Source of the DNA: an uncultured Opitutales bacterium
Lineage (GTDB): Bacteria; Myxococcota_A; UBA9160; SMWR01
Length of the DNA stretch: 64,000 bases
Assembly: GCA_964194865.1 (NCBI GenBank)
Contig: CAXMOC010000275.1
Span: 1,482-65,481, forward strand
Direction: 5' to 3'
A program made the translations under genes and the position numbers. The notes beneath the pieces were generated by a model. It saw nothing but the letters and a program-made list of their open reading frames with translations. It did not search any database and had not been told where the DNA came from. How positions within the stretch are numbered: the first letter of the stretch is position 1; every line of letters starts with the position of its first letter. This document shows, one piece after another, positions 1-10,711 of the stretch.

Positions 1-3000
1 CTCGCCGTTCTCGTCGCAACGGCCTCTCTCGAGCTCGGAATCGACATCGGCCCGGTCGACCTCGTATGCCAGCTCGGTTCGCCGCGCTCGTTGGCGACCT
101 TCCTGCAGCGTGTGGGCCGATCTGGCCACTCGCGCGGCGCGACGCCGAAGGGTCGGCTGTTTCCGACCACCCGGGATGAGCTGGTGGAGTGCGCGGCGCT
201 GCTGCGCGGTGTTTCCCATGGCCGGCTCGATCGCCTGCAGCCGCCGACGGCGCCGCTGGACATCCTCGCTCAGCAGATCGTGGCGGCCTGCGGGGCCGAG
301 GATTGGGAAGAGGATGAGCTGTTCGCCCTGGTGCGGCGCAGCGCTCCCTACGCCGAGCTCTCGCGGACCGATTTCGACGACATCGTGGAGATGCTGTCGA
401 GCGGCATCGAAACCGGCCGCGGTCGCCGCGCCGCCTATCTCCACCGCGATCGGGTCCACCGGGTACTGCGGGGTCGTCGCGGCGCACGCCTCGCGGCTCT
501 GACTTCCGGCGGCGCGATTCCCGACACCGCGGACTACCGCGTGGTGGCCGATCCGGACGACACCTTCGTTGGCACCGTCAACGAGGACTTCGCGATCGAG
601 AGCATGGCGGGCGACGTGTTCCTGCTCGGGAGCACTTCCTGGCGGATCCGGCGCGTCGAAGCCGGCCTGGTGCGCGTGACCGACGCGGCGGGCGCGCCGC
701 CCAACATTCCCTTCTGGCTGGGCGAGGCGCCTGCGCGGACCGCGGAGCTCTCGGCGGAAGTCTCCGACCTGCGCGTCATCGTGGATCGCTATCTGGCCGA
801 TGAGGATCCCGATGGCGCCGCCGACTGGCTGCGGCGCGAAGCCGGGCTCGACCCGGCCGGGGCCGAGCAGATCGTTCGCTACATCGCGGCGACCCGCAGC
901 TCCCTCGGAGCGACGCCCACCCAGCGCGACATCGTGGTCGAGCGCTTCTTCGACGAGACGGGCGGCATGCAACTCGTCGTGCACGCGCCCTTCGGCGGCC
1001 GCATCAATCGTGCCTTCGGTCTCGCAGTGCGCAAGCGCATCTGCCGCAGCTTCGACTTCGAGCTCCAGGCTGCCGCCAACGACGATGCGCTGGTGCTGTC
1101 TCTCGGGCCCCAGCACAGCTTCCCGCTCGAGGATTTCGCGAAGATGCTCTCCTCGGGATCCGTTGCCGAGACGCTCTCCCAGGCAGCTCTCGCCTCTCCG
1201 ATGTTCACCGCGCGCTGGCGCTGGAATCTGGGGCGCTCTCTGGCCATTCTGCGCTTCCGCGGGGGTCGCAAGAACCCTCCGCCGATCCAACGCATGGAGG
1301 CCGATGACCTGATGGCTGCGATCTTTCCGTCGCTGGCCGCTTGTCAGGAGAACGTCACCGGGCCGATCGTGATCCCCGATCACCCTCTCGTCCGGCAGAC
1401 CCTGCACGATTGTCTGACCGAGGCGATGGATGTCGCTGGGCTCGAGAGCCTCCTGCGCGGTCTGGAAGACGGGTCGGTGACGGCCCACTTTCGCGACACC
1501 ACGGAGCCCTCGCCCGCCGCGCACGAGATTCTGAACGGCAAGCCATTCACCTTTCTCGACAACGCGCCTCTGGAGGAGCGCCGAACTCGTGCCGTCGCGC
1601 TGCGCCGCGGGCTGCCCGAAGACGCCCGGGACCTGGGCCGGCTCGACGCAGAAGCGATCTCCCGGGTGCGCGAAGAGGCGTCCCCGGCGCCCCGCGACGC
1701 GGAAGAGGTTCACGACGCGCTGCTAGGCTTCGTCGCGCACCGCCCCGTACCCGACTGGCGCGACGCCTTCCAGGAGCTGGTGCGGGCGGGACGGGCGGGA
1801 ACTGTCGACGTGCCGGCCGGAGTTCTGTGGTTCGCGGTCGAAAGCCGCACAGCCATCGATGTGCTGTTCCCCGGCGCCCGAGTGGTTCCCGATGTGCGGC
1901 TGCCGGAGGGGCTCGAACCCGGGCCCGCTCCCAGTCCAGACGAGGCCGGGGCAGCCGTCATCCGCGGGCATCTGGAGTCAGCCGGTCCGTGCACAATCGC
2001 AGATCTCGCGGCGGCAACCGCGTTTTCCAACGCTGGGGTGGAGCAGGCGGCCGCTCGTCTCGAAGCTTCCGGCTTCTTGCTGCGCGGTCACTTCGATCCG
2101 CAGCGTTCCGAGCCCGGAATCGAACAGTATTGCGCCCGGCATCTGCTCGCGCGCATTCATCGCTACACGCAAGAGCGTTTGCGCAAGGAGATCGAGCCGG
2201 TCAGCGCTCAGGACTTCCTGCGCTTTCTGCTGCGCTGGCAACATGTCACTCCGGATACGCGGCGGGAAGGCCGTCGGGGCTTGCTCGCGGCGATCGAGCA
2301 GCTTCAGGGCTTCCAGGTGCCTGCGGGCGCCTGGGAGGAGCTGGTCCTTCCCGCGCGCGTCACGAGCTACCGGGCGGAATGGTTGGACGAGCTGTGCCTC
2401 TCCGGGGAAGTCGTCTGGGGTCGCCTGGCTCCTCGACTCCCGAGCGCCACCGCATCCGAGCCCGGCCGGGGTTCGGCTCCGTCTCGGGCAACTCCCATTT
2501 CGCTGGCCACTCGTGAAGATTTTGCCTGGCTGATCGAGGCGGCCCGAGGGATGCATGCCCCAGTGGTACCGGGCCCTGGGGCTGCTCGAGATCTACTCGA
2601 AGCGTTGCAATCGAGGGGAGCTCTCTTCCACGCCGAGCTCGCTCAGTCGACGGCTCGACTTCCGATCGAGGTGGAGGAGGGTCTGTGGGAGCTGGTCTCG
2701 CGCGGTCTGGTTACCGCGGACGGGTTCCAGTCGGTACGCGCCTTATTGGGAGCAAAGGACCGCTACGCCCGCCGGGCCAGCCGGCGTCGGGCGCAGTCTG
2801 GACTGCGCCGACGCTCGCGTGCGAGGACCGGGGCCGAGGGCCGTTGGGCGCTGCTCCCGGAGACCGCCGACTCCATCGATCGCGACGACTTGGCCGAGGC
2901 CATCTGTGAGCAGCTGCTCGCTCGTTGGGGAGTGATCTTCCGGGATCTGATCACTCGTGAAGACGTCTCGCTGACCTGGCGAGAGCTGCTCTACGCGCTG

Positions 3001-3267
3001 CGACGGATGGAGGCGCGTGGGACGATCCGCGGCGGACGCTTTGTCACCGGCTTCGTCGGCGAGCAGTACGCACTTCCCGGTGCGGTCGATGCGCTCCGAC
3101 AAACCCGCCGCCTGGAGCGCACTGGAGAGTTGGTTCGCGTCTCGGGCGCAGATCCACTGAATCTGGTCGGCATTCTGACTCCCGGACCGCGGGTGCCGGC
3201 CCTGCGCACCCAGCGCGTGATCTATCGCGACGGCCTACCGGAATCTGCGGCGGCCGCCACGGGATAG
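1..3267 (+). CDS. lhr: ATP-dependent helicase Lhr, C-terminal two-thirds (5' end outside window)
   Basis: Frame 1 is open from base 1 (LAVLVATASLELGIDIGPVDLV, a helicase C-lobe motif). It runs into the listed 1058-aa ORF, which has an Lhr-type DEAD/H-associated C-terminal region. Confidence 0.8.
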   Translation, partial: LAVLVATASLELGIDIGPVDLVCQLGSPRSLATFLQRVGRSGHSRGATPKGRLFPTTRDELVECAALLRGVSHGRLDRLQPPTAPLDILAQQIVAACGAEDWEEDELFALVRRSAPYAELSRTDFDDIVEMLSSGIETGRGRRAAYLHRDRVHRVLRGRRGARLAALTSGGAIPDTADYRVVADPDDTFVGTVNEDFAIESMAGDVFLLGSTSWRIRRVEAGLVRVTDAAGAPPNIPFWLGEAPARTAELSAEVSDLRVIVDRYLADEDPDGAADWLRREAGLDPAGAEQIVRYIAATRSSLGATPTQRDIVVERFFDETGGMQLVVHAPFGGRINRAFGLAVRKRICRSFDFELQAAANDDALVLSLGPQHSFPLEDFAKMLSSGSVAETLSQAALASPMFTARWRWNLGRSLAILRFRGGRKNPPPIQRMEADDLMAAIFPSLAACQENVTGPIVIPDHPLVRQTLHDCLTEAMDVAGLESLLRGLEDGSVTAHFRDTTEPSPAAHEILNGKPFTFLDNAPLEERRTRAVALRRGLPEDARDLGRLDAEAISRVREEASPAPRDAEEVHDALLGFVAHRPVPDWRDAFQELVRAGRAGTVDVPAGVLWFAVESRTAIDVLFPGARVVPDVRLPEGLEPGPAPSPDEAGAAVIRGHLESAGPCTIADLAAATAFSNAGVEQAAARLEASGFLLRGHFDPQRSEPGIEQYCARHLLARIHRYTQERLRKEIEPVSAQDFLRFLLRWQHVTPDTRREGRRGLLAAIEQLQGFQVPAGAWEELVLPARVTSYRAEWLDELCLSGEVVWGRLAPRLPSATASEPGRGSAPSRATPISLATREDFAWLIEAARGMHAPVVPGPGAARDLLEALQSRGALFHAELAQSTARLPIEVEEGLWELVSRGLVTADGFQSVRALLGAKDRYARRASRRRAQSGLRRRSRARTGAEGRWALLPETADSIDRDDLAEAICEQLLARWGVIFRDLITREDVSLTWRELLYALRRMEARGTIRGGRFVTGFVGEQYALPGAVDALRQTRRLERTGELVRVSGADPLNLVGILTPGPRVPALRTQRVIYRDGLPESAAAATG

Positions 3268-3401
3268 TCGCCCGGCGTCTGTGGCGCGCATCTTCGCCAT
3301 GCATGCGCGCGTTCCCCGCGGCTCGAAGAACTCCTCGTTTGAATCGGATCCACTTGCGCTTAAACTCCGCTCCACGTCTCAACGGGCTCGAGCGGGGGGT
3401 C

Positions 3402-4268
3402 ATGAATCAGCAGGTCGCGTTTCTGTGCCTGGGAACCATGGGCTACCCGATGGCCGGGCATCTGGCGCGGGCGGGCTGCGAGATGAGCGTCTACAACCGC
3501 AGCGCGAATCGAGCCAAGGCCTGGGTTGCCGAGTTCGGAGGGCGCCTTGCCTCGACGCCGGCCGACGCGGTCCAGGACGTCGAATTCGCATTCGTCTGCA
3601 GCGGCGATGATGATGACGTTCGCAGCGTCGTCCAGGGTGAGTCGGGTGTCCTGGCGGGCCTTGGCAAAGGCTCGATTCTGGTCGATCACACGACCGCTTC
3701 GGCCCAGCTCGCCCGCGAGCTGGCGTCCGTCGCCGAGCAGCAGGGCATCGGCTTTCTCGACGCGCCGGTTTCCGGCGGACAGAGTGGCGCACAGAACGCG
3801 GCGCTGACGGTGATGGTCGGAGGCCGCGCCGAAGTCTTCGAGCGAGTGGCCCCGCTGTTGGCCTGCTACGCGAAGAAGACGGCGTTGATCGGAGAGGCGG
3901 GCGCGGGCCAACTGGCGAAAATGGTCAACCAGATCTGCATCGCAGGTCTGCTCCAGGCGCTGTCCGAAGGCCTGCACTTCGCCTCGAAATCCGGTGTCGA
4001 CGTGGAGCGAGTCGTCGACGTGATCTCCGCGGGTGCCGCACAATCGTGGCAGCTCGACAACCGCGCCGCGACGATGCTGGAGGGAAAGTTCGATTTTGGC
4101 TTTGCGGTCGATTGGATGCGCAAGGATCTGGCGATTGCGCTGACGGAAGCAGCGCGCAACGGGGCGAACCTCGAGCTGACGGCGCTGGTCGATCGCCTCT
4201 ACGCCGAGGTCCAGGCGAGCGGCGGCGGCCGGCTCGACACCTCCAGCCTGATCGGCCGGCTCCAATGA
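3402..4268 (+). CDS. NAD(P)-dependent oxidoreductase, 3-hydroxyisobutyrate dehydrogenase (MmsB/GarR) family
   Basis: ATG at 3402 follows a GGGGGG SD. N-terminal Rossmann motif VAFLCLGTMGYPMAGHL. Length and the C-terminal 6PGDH-like helical domain fit the family. The listed upstream extension is Arg-rich and non-protein-like. Confidence 0.85.
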   Translation: MNQQVAFLCLGTMGYPMAGHLARAGCEMSVYNRSANRAKAWVAEFGGRLASTPADAVQDVEFAFVCSGDDDDVRSVVQGESGVLAGLGKGSILVDHTTASAQLARELASVAEQQGIGFLDAPVSGGQSGAQNAALTVMVGGRAEVFERVAPLLACYAKKTALIGEAGAGQLAKMVNQICIAGLLQALSEGLHFASKSGVDVERVVDVISAGAAQSWQLDNRAATMLEGKFDFGFAVDWMRKDLAIALTEAARNGANLELTALVDRLYAEVQASGGGRLDTSSLIGRLQ

Positions 4269-4960
4269 CTGAAGCGGCTGATCCGAGGACCGCTCATCGC
4301 TACGACGGCGAGTCCGAATGGCGGCGCATCGGCGCGGTCGGCAAGGTCGAAAACATCCTGTCGCTCTGCGAAACCCATCCCCACCGGACAGTTCTCGAAA
4401 TCGGCGCGGGCGAGGGATCCATCGCTCATCGGCTGGGAGAGCTGGAGTTCGCCCAGGAGCTCCACGCATTGGAGATCTCCGAGAGCGGCGTCGCGGCAAT
4501 CGCCGCTCGGCAGGTGCCGTCGCTGGTCGAATGTCGGCTCTTCGATGGTTACGCGATCCCCTACGCGGACGAGCAGTTCGATCTGGCGATCCTCAGCCAC
4601 GTCATCGAGCACGTCGAGCATCCGAGAAAGCTGGTCTATGAGGCCATGCGAGTGGCGCGCCACGTGTTCGTCGAGGTTCCAACGGAAGACACGCTGCGCC
4701 TTCCGCGCAACTTCATCACCGACGACCTCGGACACATCAACTACTTCTCACCCACGACCATTCGGTTGCTGCTCCAGAGCTGCGGTCTCGAAGTGCTGGC
4801 GCAGCGCACCACCAATCCACCGAAGGCCGCCTATGTCTACCGTGCGGGAGGGCGGGGAGTGCTGAGCTACCTCGTCAAACAGACTGCTCTGGGCATTGCA
4901 CCTGCGATCGCCACGCAGCTGTGGACGTATCACTCGGCACTGATTTGCCGGTCCAGTTGA
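4265..4960 (+). CDS. class I SAM-dependent methyltransferase
   Basis: ATGA start/stop overlap with the upstream gene. SAM motif I VLEIGAGEGS and FDLAILSHVIEHVEHP. Confidence 0.75.
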   Translation: MTEAADPRTAHRYDGESEWRRIGAVGKVENILSLCETHPHRTVLEIGAGEGSIAHRLGELEFAQELHALEISESGVAAIAARQVPSLVECRLFDGYAIPYADEQFDLAILSHVIEHVEHPRKLVYEAMRVARHVFVEVPTEDTLRLPRNFITDDLGHINYFSPTTIRLLLQSCGLEVLAQRTTNPPKAAYVYRAGGRGVLSYLVKQTALGIAPAIATQLWTYHSALICRSS

Positions 4961-4998
4961 GCCGGTAGATCCGAGCGGAGCTGGCAGCGACGCCGCTG

Positions 4999-6261
4999 CT
5001 AGCTGCCGTCGGTGCGCCGATGTCCGATCGCCTGTCGGTAGATGTCGATCAACAGCTCGCGGTTTGCTGCAGCGGTGTAGCGGGCCTGGTACTGCGAGCG
5101 GGCTGCCCGTCCCAGTTCGATGGCCTCCGGCGGGTGGCTGAAGATCCACTCGATCTCTCTGGCCAGCTCGGTACTGTCGGCTGGCGGAAACAGCAGGCCG
5201 GTTTTTCCGGGGTCGATCATCTCCCGCATCCCGCCGAGGTTCGACGCGATCGTCGGAACACCGGAGGCAGAGGCTTCGAGAATCGACATGGGCATTCCCT
5301 CGTACCACTGGCTGGGGAATACCAGTACCCGTGCATCATGCAGTGTGCGCATCAGCTCCGGCTGCGGGAGTGCACCCAGGAAGCTCACGTTCGAAATCGC
5401 CTCGCTCTTCACCCGGCGCTCGAGCGTTTCGCGTAGCGGCCCGTCACCCGCCACGCGCAAGGCGTGATCGGGGCCGAGTCGCTTCCAGGCGTCCAGCAGC
5501 GTTCCTACGCCCTTCTCGGGGGTCAAGCGTCCCGCGAACAGAGCGAAGCTCCCGGGCCCGTCGCGAGAGCCGGGGTCCGACTCGACGAAGTTTGGTTTGA
5601 CGACGATCCGATCCGCGGGAAACCCGCCGGACACGAGCTTGTCGCGGGCGAACTCGGTCAGGGCGACGTAGCGGTCGACGAGGTTCGAGAAGGTGTTGCG
5701 CCAGCGGTGGAACGCGAGCATCGTCGCGAGCACGGCCGTGGTAGGACGCGACTTTCGGTAGCATGCGTGGCGAACGCTTCGCAGCAGGGAGTGATCCACG
5801 CACTCCTCGCAGATCGCTCCGTCTCTCCACAATGTCGCCGCCGGACAAAGCAGTCTGTAGTTGTGGATCGATTGCACGACGGGCACTGCTGTATCGCGAC
5901 AGGTGTAGTAGACGGACGGAGAGATCAACGGAAACGTGTTGGTGAAGTGTGCGACGTCCGGTGTCTCGCGCGAGATCAGGGCGCGCAGCTCGCGCTGGCT
6001 GTCTCGGGCCCAAACCGTGCGAGGGGCGAGGGTGAACCGCTTCCAGAGACCGTAGTCGTCGATCTCACGGCTTTCGCGGGTGTAGGTCACTACGCTGTGG
6101 CCGGCACCCTGTAGCAGCCGCCGCTCGGCCTCGAACACTGCCGATTCACCGCCGTGTTGCCGGTAGAAGTTGTGGACCATCAGGATCTTCACGGGTCCGT
6201 CCTCTCGGGGCAACGCATAGCGCAAACCGCGCGGTTGCGTGGTATCAACTCCTGTGTCCAC
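4999..6261 (-). CDS. glycosyltransferase family 4
   Basis: KILMVHNFY N-terminus and the GT4 E-x7-E region EGMPMSILEASASGVPTIAS. The true start may be the GTG at 6192 (VKILMV). Confidence 0.85.
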   Translation of the reverse strand: MDTGVDTTQPRGLRYALPREDGPVKILMVHNFYRQHGGESAVFEAERRLLQGAGHSVVTYTRESREIDDYGLWKRFTLAPRTVWARDSQRELRALISRETPDVAHFTNTFPLISPSVYYTCRDTAVPVVQSIHNYRLLCPAATLWRDGAICEECVDHSLLRSVRHACYRKSRPTTAVLATMLAFHRWRNTFSNLVDRYVALTEFARDKLVSGGFPADRIVVKPNFVESDPGSRDGPGSFALFAGRLTPEKGVGTLLDAWKRLGPDHALRVAGDGPLRETLERRVKSEAISNVSFLGALPQPELMRTLHDARVLVFPSQWYEGMPMSILEASASGVPTIASNLGGMREMIDPGKTGLLFPPADSTELAREIEWIFSHPPEAIELGRAARSQYQARYTAAANRELLIDIYRQAIGHRRTDGS

Positions 6262-6275
6262 TGCTGGATGGGGGA

Positions 6276-7106
6276 GTGGTCGTGGAGAGCTCGCACTGCG
6301 GGGAGGCTAGCGAGGCTGCTGCTTCCGCAAATCGAACGCGCGTGCATCGTCGCGCCCTGCGCGATCTGCTGGGCATCGATTCGACCGGAGATTTTCATCG
6401 CTACGTGTTGGAGCACGGAATCGATCGCTACCGCAGCTGGTGCTCGGAGCGCGGCCGCGGGCTCGGAAGCGTGTTGGCGATCGGCGCCAACCGTCGCGAA
6501 GCCCAGGTGTTCACGAACCATCCATTCGATGAGATCCGGCTGACGGGCCTCCTCGACTCGGATGAAGATCTGCGCGCGATCGCGGCAACTGATCCGCGCA
6601 TCCATTACGAGAAGCAGAATTGCGAACGTCTCGGCTATCCATCGCGCTCCTTCGACCTGGTGTTCTGCAAGGAGTCGCTCCACCATCTCGCCCGGCCGGT
6701 ACTCGGACTCTACGAGATGCTCCGGGTCTGTCGCGAAGCTGCGTTGGTGATCGAACCCTACGACACCCAGCTCGATCGCCTACTGCAGCGGTTCGGACTG
6801 AGCACGGTCTACGAATCCAACCAGCTGGGAAACCTCGCGTTGCGCGACAACTTCGTCTACCGCTGGAATCGCGTGCAGCTCGAGTTTCTGCTCAACAGCT
6901 TGTACCTGGAGTCCGGCTACTCGCTCGACTTGACGCTCGGCTGGCTGAGCTCGCGCTTCAATTGTCACCGGCGACGGGCGGTTCGGCGGCTCGCCGCCGT
7001 GGCGGGTTGGCTGATCGGATTCGTGCCCGGATCGCGCGGCAACTACGTGACGGCGCTGATCGCACCGGGCAGCGATCTCCCGCAGGATCCAGCGCCACTT
7101 GGATGA
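6276..7106 (+). CDS. methyltransferase-domain protein (type 11-like)
   Basis: FDLVFCKESLHHLARP and surrounding Rossmann-like pattern. Coherent codon usage. Start uncertain. Confidence 0.55.
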   Translation: MVVESSHCGEASEAAASANRTRVHRRALRDLLGIDSTGDFHRYVLEHGIDRYRSWCSERGRGLGSVLAIGANRREAQVFTNHPFDEIRLTGLLDSDEDLRAIAATDPRIHYEKQNCERLGYPSRSFDLVFCKESLHHLARPVLGLYEMLRVCREAALVIEPYDTQLDRLLQRFGLSTVYESNQLGNLALRDNFVYRWNRVQLEFLLNSLYLESGYSLDLTLGWLSSRFNCHRRRAVRRLAAVAGWLIGFVPGSRGNYVTALIAPGSDLPQDPAPLG

Positions 7107-7132
7107 CTCCGGCCCGGGCGCCAAAGGCGCGT

Positions 7133-7942
7133 CTACTTGCCCTTGAAGACCGGTTTGCGCTTCTCCAGAAAGGCTCGCGGCCCTTCGCGGGCGTCCTCCG
7201 AGCTGAAGACCGGCATTCCAATCGCCATCTCCTTGCGCTCGAAGGCTTCCGTCTCAGGCAGGCTGGCGGTCTCGCGAATCGACTGCAAGATGGCGCGCAC
7301 GGCTAGCGGGCCGTTGGCGGCGATGCGCTCGGCGATCCTTCGTGCCTCGACGAGGGCTTGGCCGTCGGGAACCACGTGGCCGATCAAGCCAAATTCGAGA
7401 CATTGCCTGGCGCTGTAGGGCTCGCCAGTGAGGAGCATCTCGACCGCCACGGTGTAGGGAATCTGGCGCGGCAGGCGCACGGTCGATCCGGCCATCGGAA
7501 ACAAACCGCGCTGAACCTCCGTGATCCCGAACTGCGCGCTCTCCGCGGCCACTCGGATGTCGGTGCCCTGCAGGATCTCGGTGCCCCCCGCCAGAGCGAA
7601 GCCCTCCACGGCAGCGATCAGCGGCTTGCTGGGCCGGTAGGTCTTCAGCCAACCATCGAAGATGATGTTCATCTCCTTGGCCATACGCTCTTCGAACTCG
7701 TCCTCCGGCGGAGCTCCGGCGCTGAGTTTGCCAATCACGCCGAGATCCATCCCAGCGCAGAAGTTTCCACCGGCGCCGGTAAGGATCGCCACCCGAAGTT
7801 CGTCGTCGTCGTCGAGCCGGTGCCAGGCGTCGCTCAGGCCGCAGAGGACCTCTGCGTTGACTGCGTTTTTCTTCGCCGGTCGGTTGATGGTCACGGTGAG
7901 GACGTGAGCGTCCTTCTCAGCAAGCAGGGCCGGTTCGGGCAA
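7133..7942 (-). CDS. enoyl-CoA hydratase/isomerase (crotonase) family
   Basis: Oxyanion-hole motifs GAGGNFCAGMDL and GFALAGGTEI. About 270 aa. Confidence 0.85.
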   Translation of the reverse strand: MPEPALLAEKDAHVLTVTINRPAKKNAVNAEVLCGLSDAWHRLDDDDELRVAILTGAGGNFCAGMDLGVIGKLSAGAPPEDEFEERMAKEMNIIFDGWLKTYRPSKPLIAAVEGFALAGGTEILQGTDIRVAAESAQFGITEVQRGLFPMAGSTVRLPRQIPYTVAVEMLLTGEPYSARQCLEFGLIGHVVPDGQALVEARRIAERIAANGPLAVRAILQSIRETASLPETEAFERKEMAIGMPVFSSEDAREGPRAFLEKRKPVFKGK

Positions 7943-8050
7943 GGGAGTCTCCTCGACGGGATGCGGCGGGTGGCGCCAGCAATCCGAAACCTCTGTTTAG
8001 CGTCGATGGAAGCGGTTCTCACCCCGGCTATCGTCCTCTAAGGGACTCCG

Positions 8051-8833
8051 GTGAAGCGGCGCGTTGCGCCGAAGGGCGGGCAGATCGTGAATAGGCTGTC
8101 GGGTAGGCGGGTGCTGCTGGTCGGCGCGTCCTCGGGAATCGGGCGCGCGATTGCCATCCGGTTGGCCGGGGAGGGCGCGCTGCTTTCGTTGGCGGCGCGC
8201 CGGGCAGAGCGTTTGGAGGAGCTTGCGGGCCAGATCCATCCCAGCCCCGATTGGACTTCTTGCGACGTTCGCGACCCATCGGCCTGCGAGTCCACGGTCA
8301 GGGACTGTGTCGAGCGCTGGGGAGGGCTCGATGCCCTGGTCTACGCAGCCGGCATTGCTCCGCTTGCAGCGCTTCGCGATGCCGACGCAACGAGCTGGCG
8401 GAGCGCCTTCGAGACCAACGTGATGGGTGCCTCGCTCCTCACGCGCTGTGCGCTGCCGCACCTGGTCGAGAGCCGGGGGCGCGCCGTCTATCTGTCTTCG
8501 ATCGCTGCCACGGAGAAGCCCCCTCGAACTGGACTGGGGCTGTACCTGACGACCAAGGCGGCGCTGGACCGGCTCGTCGAGGTCTGGCAGGCCGAAGAGC
8601 AGCAGGTGGGCTTTACCCGGCTGAGCGTTGGCGATACGGCCGGAACGGAGATGGCGGCGGAATGGGAGCCCGCTGCTGCCCGCCGCCACATCGAGGAGTG
8701 GGTCGGCCGGGGGCTGCTCTTCGGGCGCACCATGGAGCCTTCCGTGGTCGCCCAGCATGTGGCCGACCTACTGGCGTCCGGCGAGGCCGTGCCGGTTTCG
8801 AGTATCACTCCGCGCTTTGCCGTCGACGACTGA
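8051..8833 (+). CDS. SDR family oxidoreductase
   Basis: GASSGIGRA cofactor motif and YLTTK (YxxxK) catalytic motif. Confidence 0.8.
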   Translation: MKRRVAPKGGQIVNRLSGRRVLLVGASSGIGRAIAIRLAGEGALLSLAARRAERLEELAGQIHPSPDWTSCDVRDPSACESTVRDCVERWGGLDALVYAAGIAPLAALRDADATSWRSAFETNVMGASLLTRCALPHLVESRGRAVYLSSIAATEKPPRTGLGLYLTTKAALDRLVEVWQAEEQQVGFTRLSVGDTAGTEMAAEWEPAAARRHIEEWVGRGLLFGRTMEPSVVAQHVADLLASGEAVPVSSITPRFAVDD

Positions 8834-8975
8834 TCGGAGCCGGCTGGCAACGGCAGCCACGTTGTCGATCTCGCCACAGCATCTCCCTACCGTCCGGGTT
8901 GCCGCAGCCGGCCGGCGTTGGGCCGAGTTGAAGGATGCGATTTTCGATTCGATCGGGTTCGGTAGACTGCCCGCC

Positions 8976-10652
8976 GTGGCCCCTGAGTTCGTCTTCACGA
9001 TGCAGGACCTGAAGAAGGTCGTACCGCCCGACCGGGTGATCCTGGAAGGCATCACGCTGGCTTTCTTGCCAGGGGCCAAGATCGGAGTGCTCGGAGCCAA
9101 TGGCGCTGGCAAGAGCAGCTTGCTCAGGATCATGGCACTTCAGGACGGCGATTTTCTCGGAGAAGCGAAACCCGCCGAGGGTGTTCGCGTCGGCTTTCTT
9201 CCGCAGGAACCGCAGCTCGACGAGTCGAAGGACGTGCTCGGAAACGTCGAGGAGGGGGTGGCGGGGATCCGCGCCCTGCTCCAGCGGTTCGACGAGATCA
9301 GCGCCCAGTTCGGCGAGCCGCTCGATGACGATGCGATGACCGCGTTGTTGGACGAGCAGGCCAAGCTGCAGGACGAGATCGACGCGGCCAACGGATGGGA
9401 GCTCGACCGCATCCTCGAAGTGGCGATGGACGCGCTGCGCGTTCCGCAGGGCGACGCCAAGGTGGAGACCCTCTCGGGCGGGGAACGGCGGAGGGTCGCC
9501 CTGTGTCGCCTGCTGTTGCAGCAGCCGGATCTGCTGTTGCTGGACGAGCCGACCAATCACCTCGACGCCGAGTCAGTGTCCTGGCTCGAGCGCTTTCTGC
9601 AGGAATACAAGGGAACCGTCGTGGCCGTGACCCACGACCGCTACTTCCTCGACAACGCCGCCGGCTGGATCCTGGAGCTGGACCGGGGACGCGGCATCCC
9701 CTGGAAGGGCAATTACTCCGCCTGGCTGGAGCAGAAGCAGCAGAGATTGTCGGTGGAAGAGAAGCAGAAGTCCGCCCGCGGTCGCACACTGGAGCGCGAG
9801 CTCGAGTGGATCAGGATGTCGCCCCGAGGTCGCCAGGCCAAGAGCAAGGCGCGGATCAGCGCGTTCGAATCGCTGGTGGCGGAGGAGGAGCAGCGTCTGC
9901 CGGAGACCGTCGAGATTCTGATCCCTCCCGGGCCGCGTCTCGGCGACGTGGTCGTGGAGGCCGAACACCTCAGCAAGGCGTTGGGCGATCGATTGTTGAT
10001 CGACGACCTGAGTTTCTCACTGCCACGGGGTGGCATCGTCGGCGTGATCGGAGGCAACGGTGCCGGCAAGACCACCTTGTTTCGAATCATCGTGGGGCAG
10101 GAGAAGCCCGACTCCGGAACCTTGCGGCTGGGCGAGACCGTCGACGTTGCCTACGTGGACCAGAGCCGCGAGGAGCTCGACCCCAATCGAAGCGTATGGG
10201 AAGAGATCAGTGGCGGCCGCGAGCGCATTGCGATCGGTCGGCGCGAGCTCAACTCCCGCGGCTACGTGGGATCCTTCAATTTCAAAGGACCCGACCAGCA
10301 GAAAAAGGTTGGGTTGCTGTCGGGAGGAGAGCGCAACCGCGTGCATCTCGCCAAGGTTCTTCAGCGCGGCGGCAACCTGCTCCTGCTCGATGAACCCACC
10401 AACGATCTGGACATCGACACGCTGCGTGCCCTCGAGGAGGCGCTTCTGGGCTTTGCGGGCTGCGCGGTCGTGATCTCGCACGACCGCTGGTTCCTGGATC
10501 GCATCGCGACCCACATTCTCGCATTCGAGGGCGACAGCCATGTCGAGTGGTTCGAGGGCAACTACCAGCAATACGAAGCGGACCGCCGCAGCCGCATGGG
10601 CGCAGATTCCGATACTCCCCACCGTTTGAAGTATCGTCGCATCGACGCCTAG
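8976..10652 (+). CDS. ettA: energy-dependent translational throttle protein EttA (ABC-F ATPase)
   Basis: GTG at 8976 gives (M)[17 protein letters not shown], matching the EttA N-terminus. Two Walker A motifs ([18 protein letters not shown]) and two LSGGE signatures. The listed 674-aa ORF has a spurious N-terminal extension. Confidence 0.9.
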   Translation: MAPEFVFTMQDLKKVVPPDRVILEGITLAFLPGAKIGVLGANGAGKSSLLRIMALQDGDFLGEAKPAEGVRVGFLPQEPQLDESKDVLGNVEEGVAGIRALLQRFDEISAQFGEPLDDDAMTALLDEQAKLQDEIDAANGWELDRILEVAMDALRVPQGDAKVETLSGGERRRVALCRLLLQQPDLLLLDEPTNHLDAESVSWLERFLQEYKGTVVAVTHDRYFLDNAAGWILELDRGRGIPWKGNYSAWLEQKQQRLSVEEKQKSARGRTLERELEWIRMSPRGRQAKSKARISAFESLVAEEEQRLPETVEILIPPGPRLGDVVVEAEHLSKALGDRLLIDDLSFSLPRGGIVGVIGGNGAGKTTLFRIIVGQEKPDSGTLRLGETVDVAYVDQSREELDPNRSVWEEISGGRERIAIGRRELNSRGYVGSFNFKGPDQQKKVGLLSGGERNRVHLAKVLQRGGNLLLLDEPTNDLDIDTLRALEEALLGFAGCAVVISHDRWFLDRIATHILAFEGDSHVEWFEGNYQQYEADRRSRMGADSDTPHRLKYRRIDA

Positions 10653-10711
10653 CTGGAAGCTTCCCAAGCTTCGACTTCCAACCTGCCAGCGAGAAGCCAG
10701 TGACCGCTCGG

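Noticed and set aside
3284-3310. Hairpin GCGCGCAT-N11-ATGCGCGC after the lhr stop, considered as an intrinsic terminator.
   Set aside because: No U-tract follows, and GC-rich palindromes of this size are frequent in this DNA.
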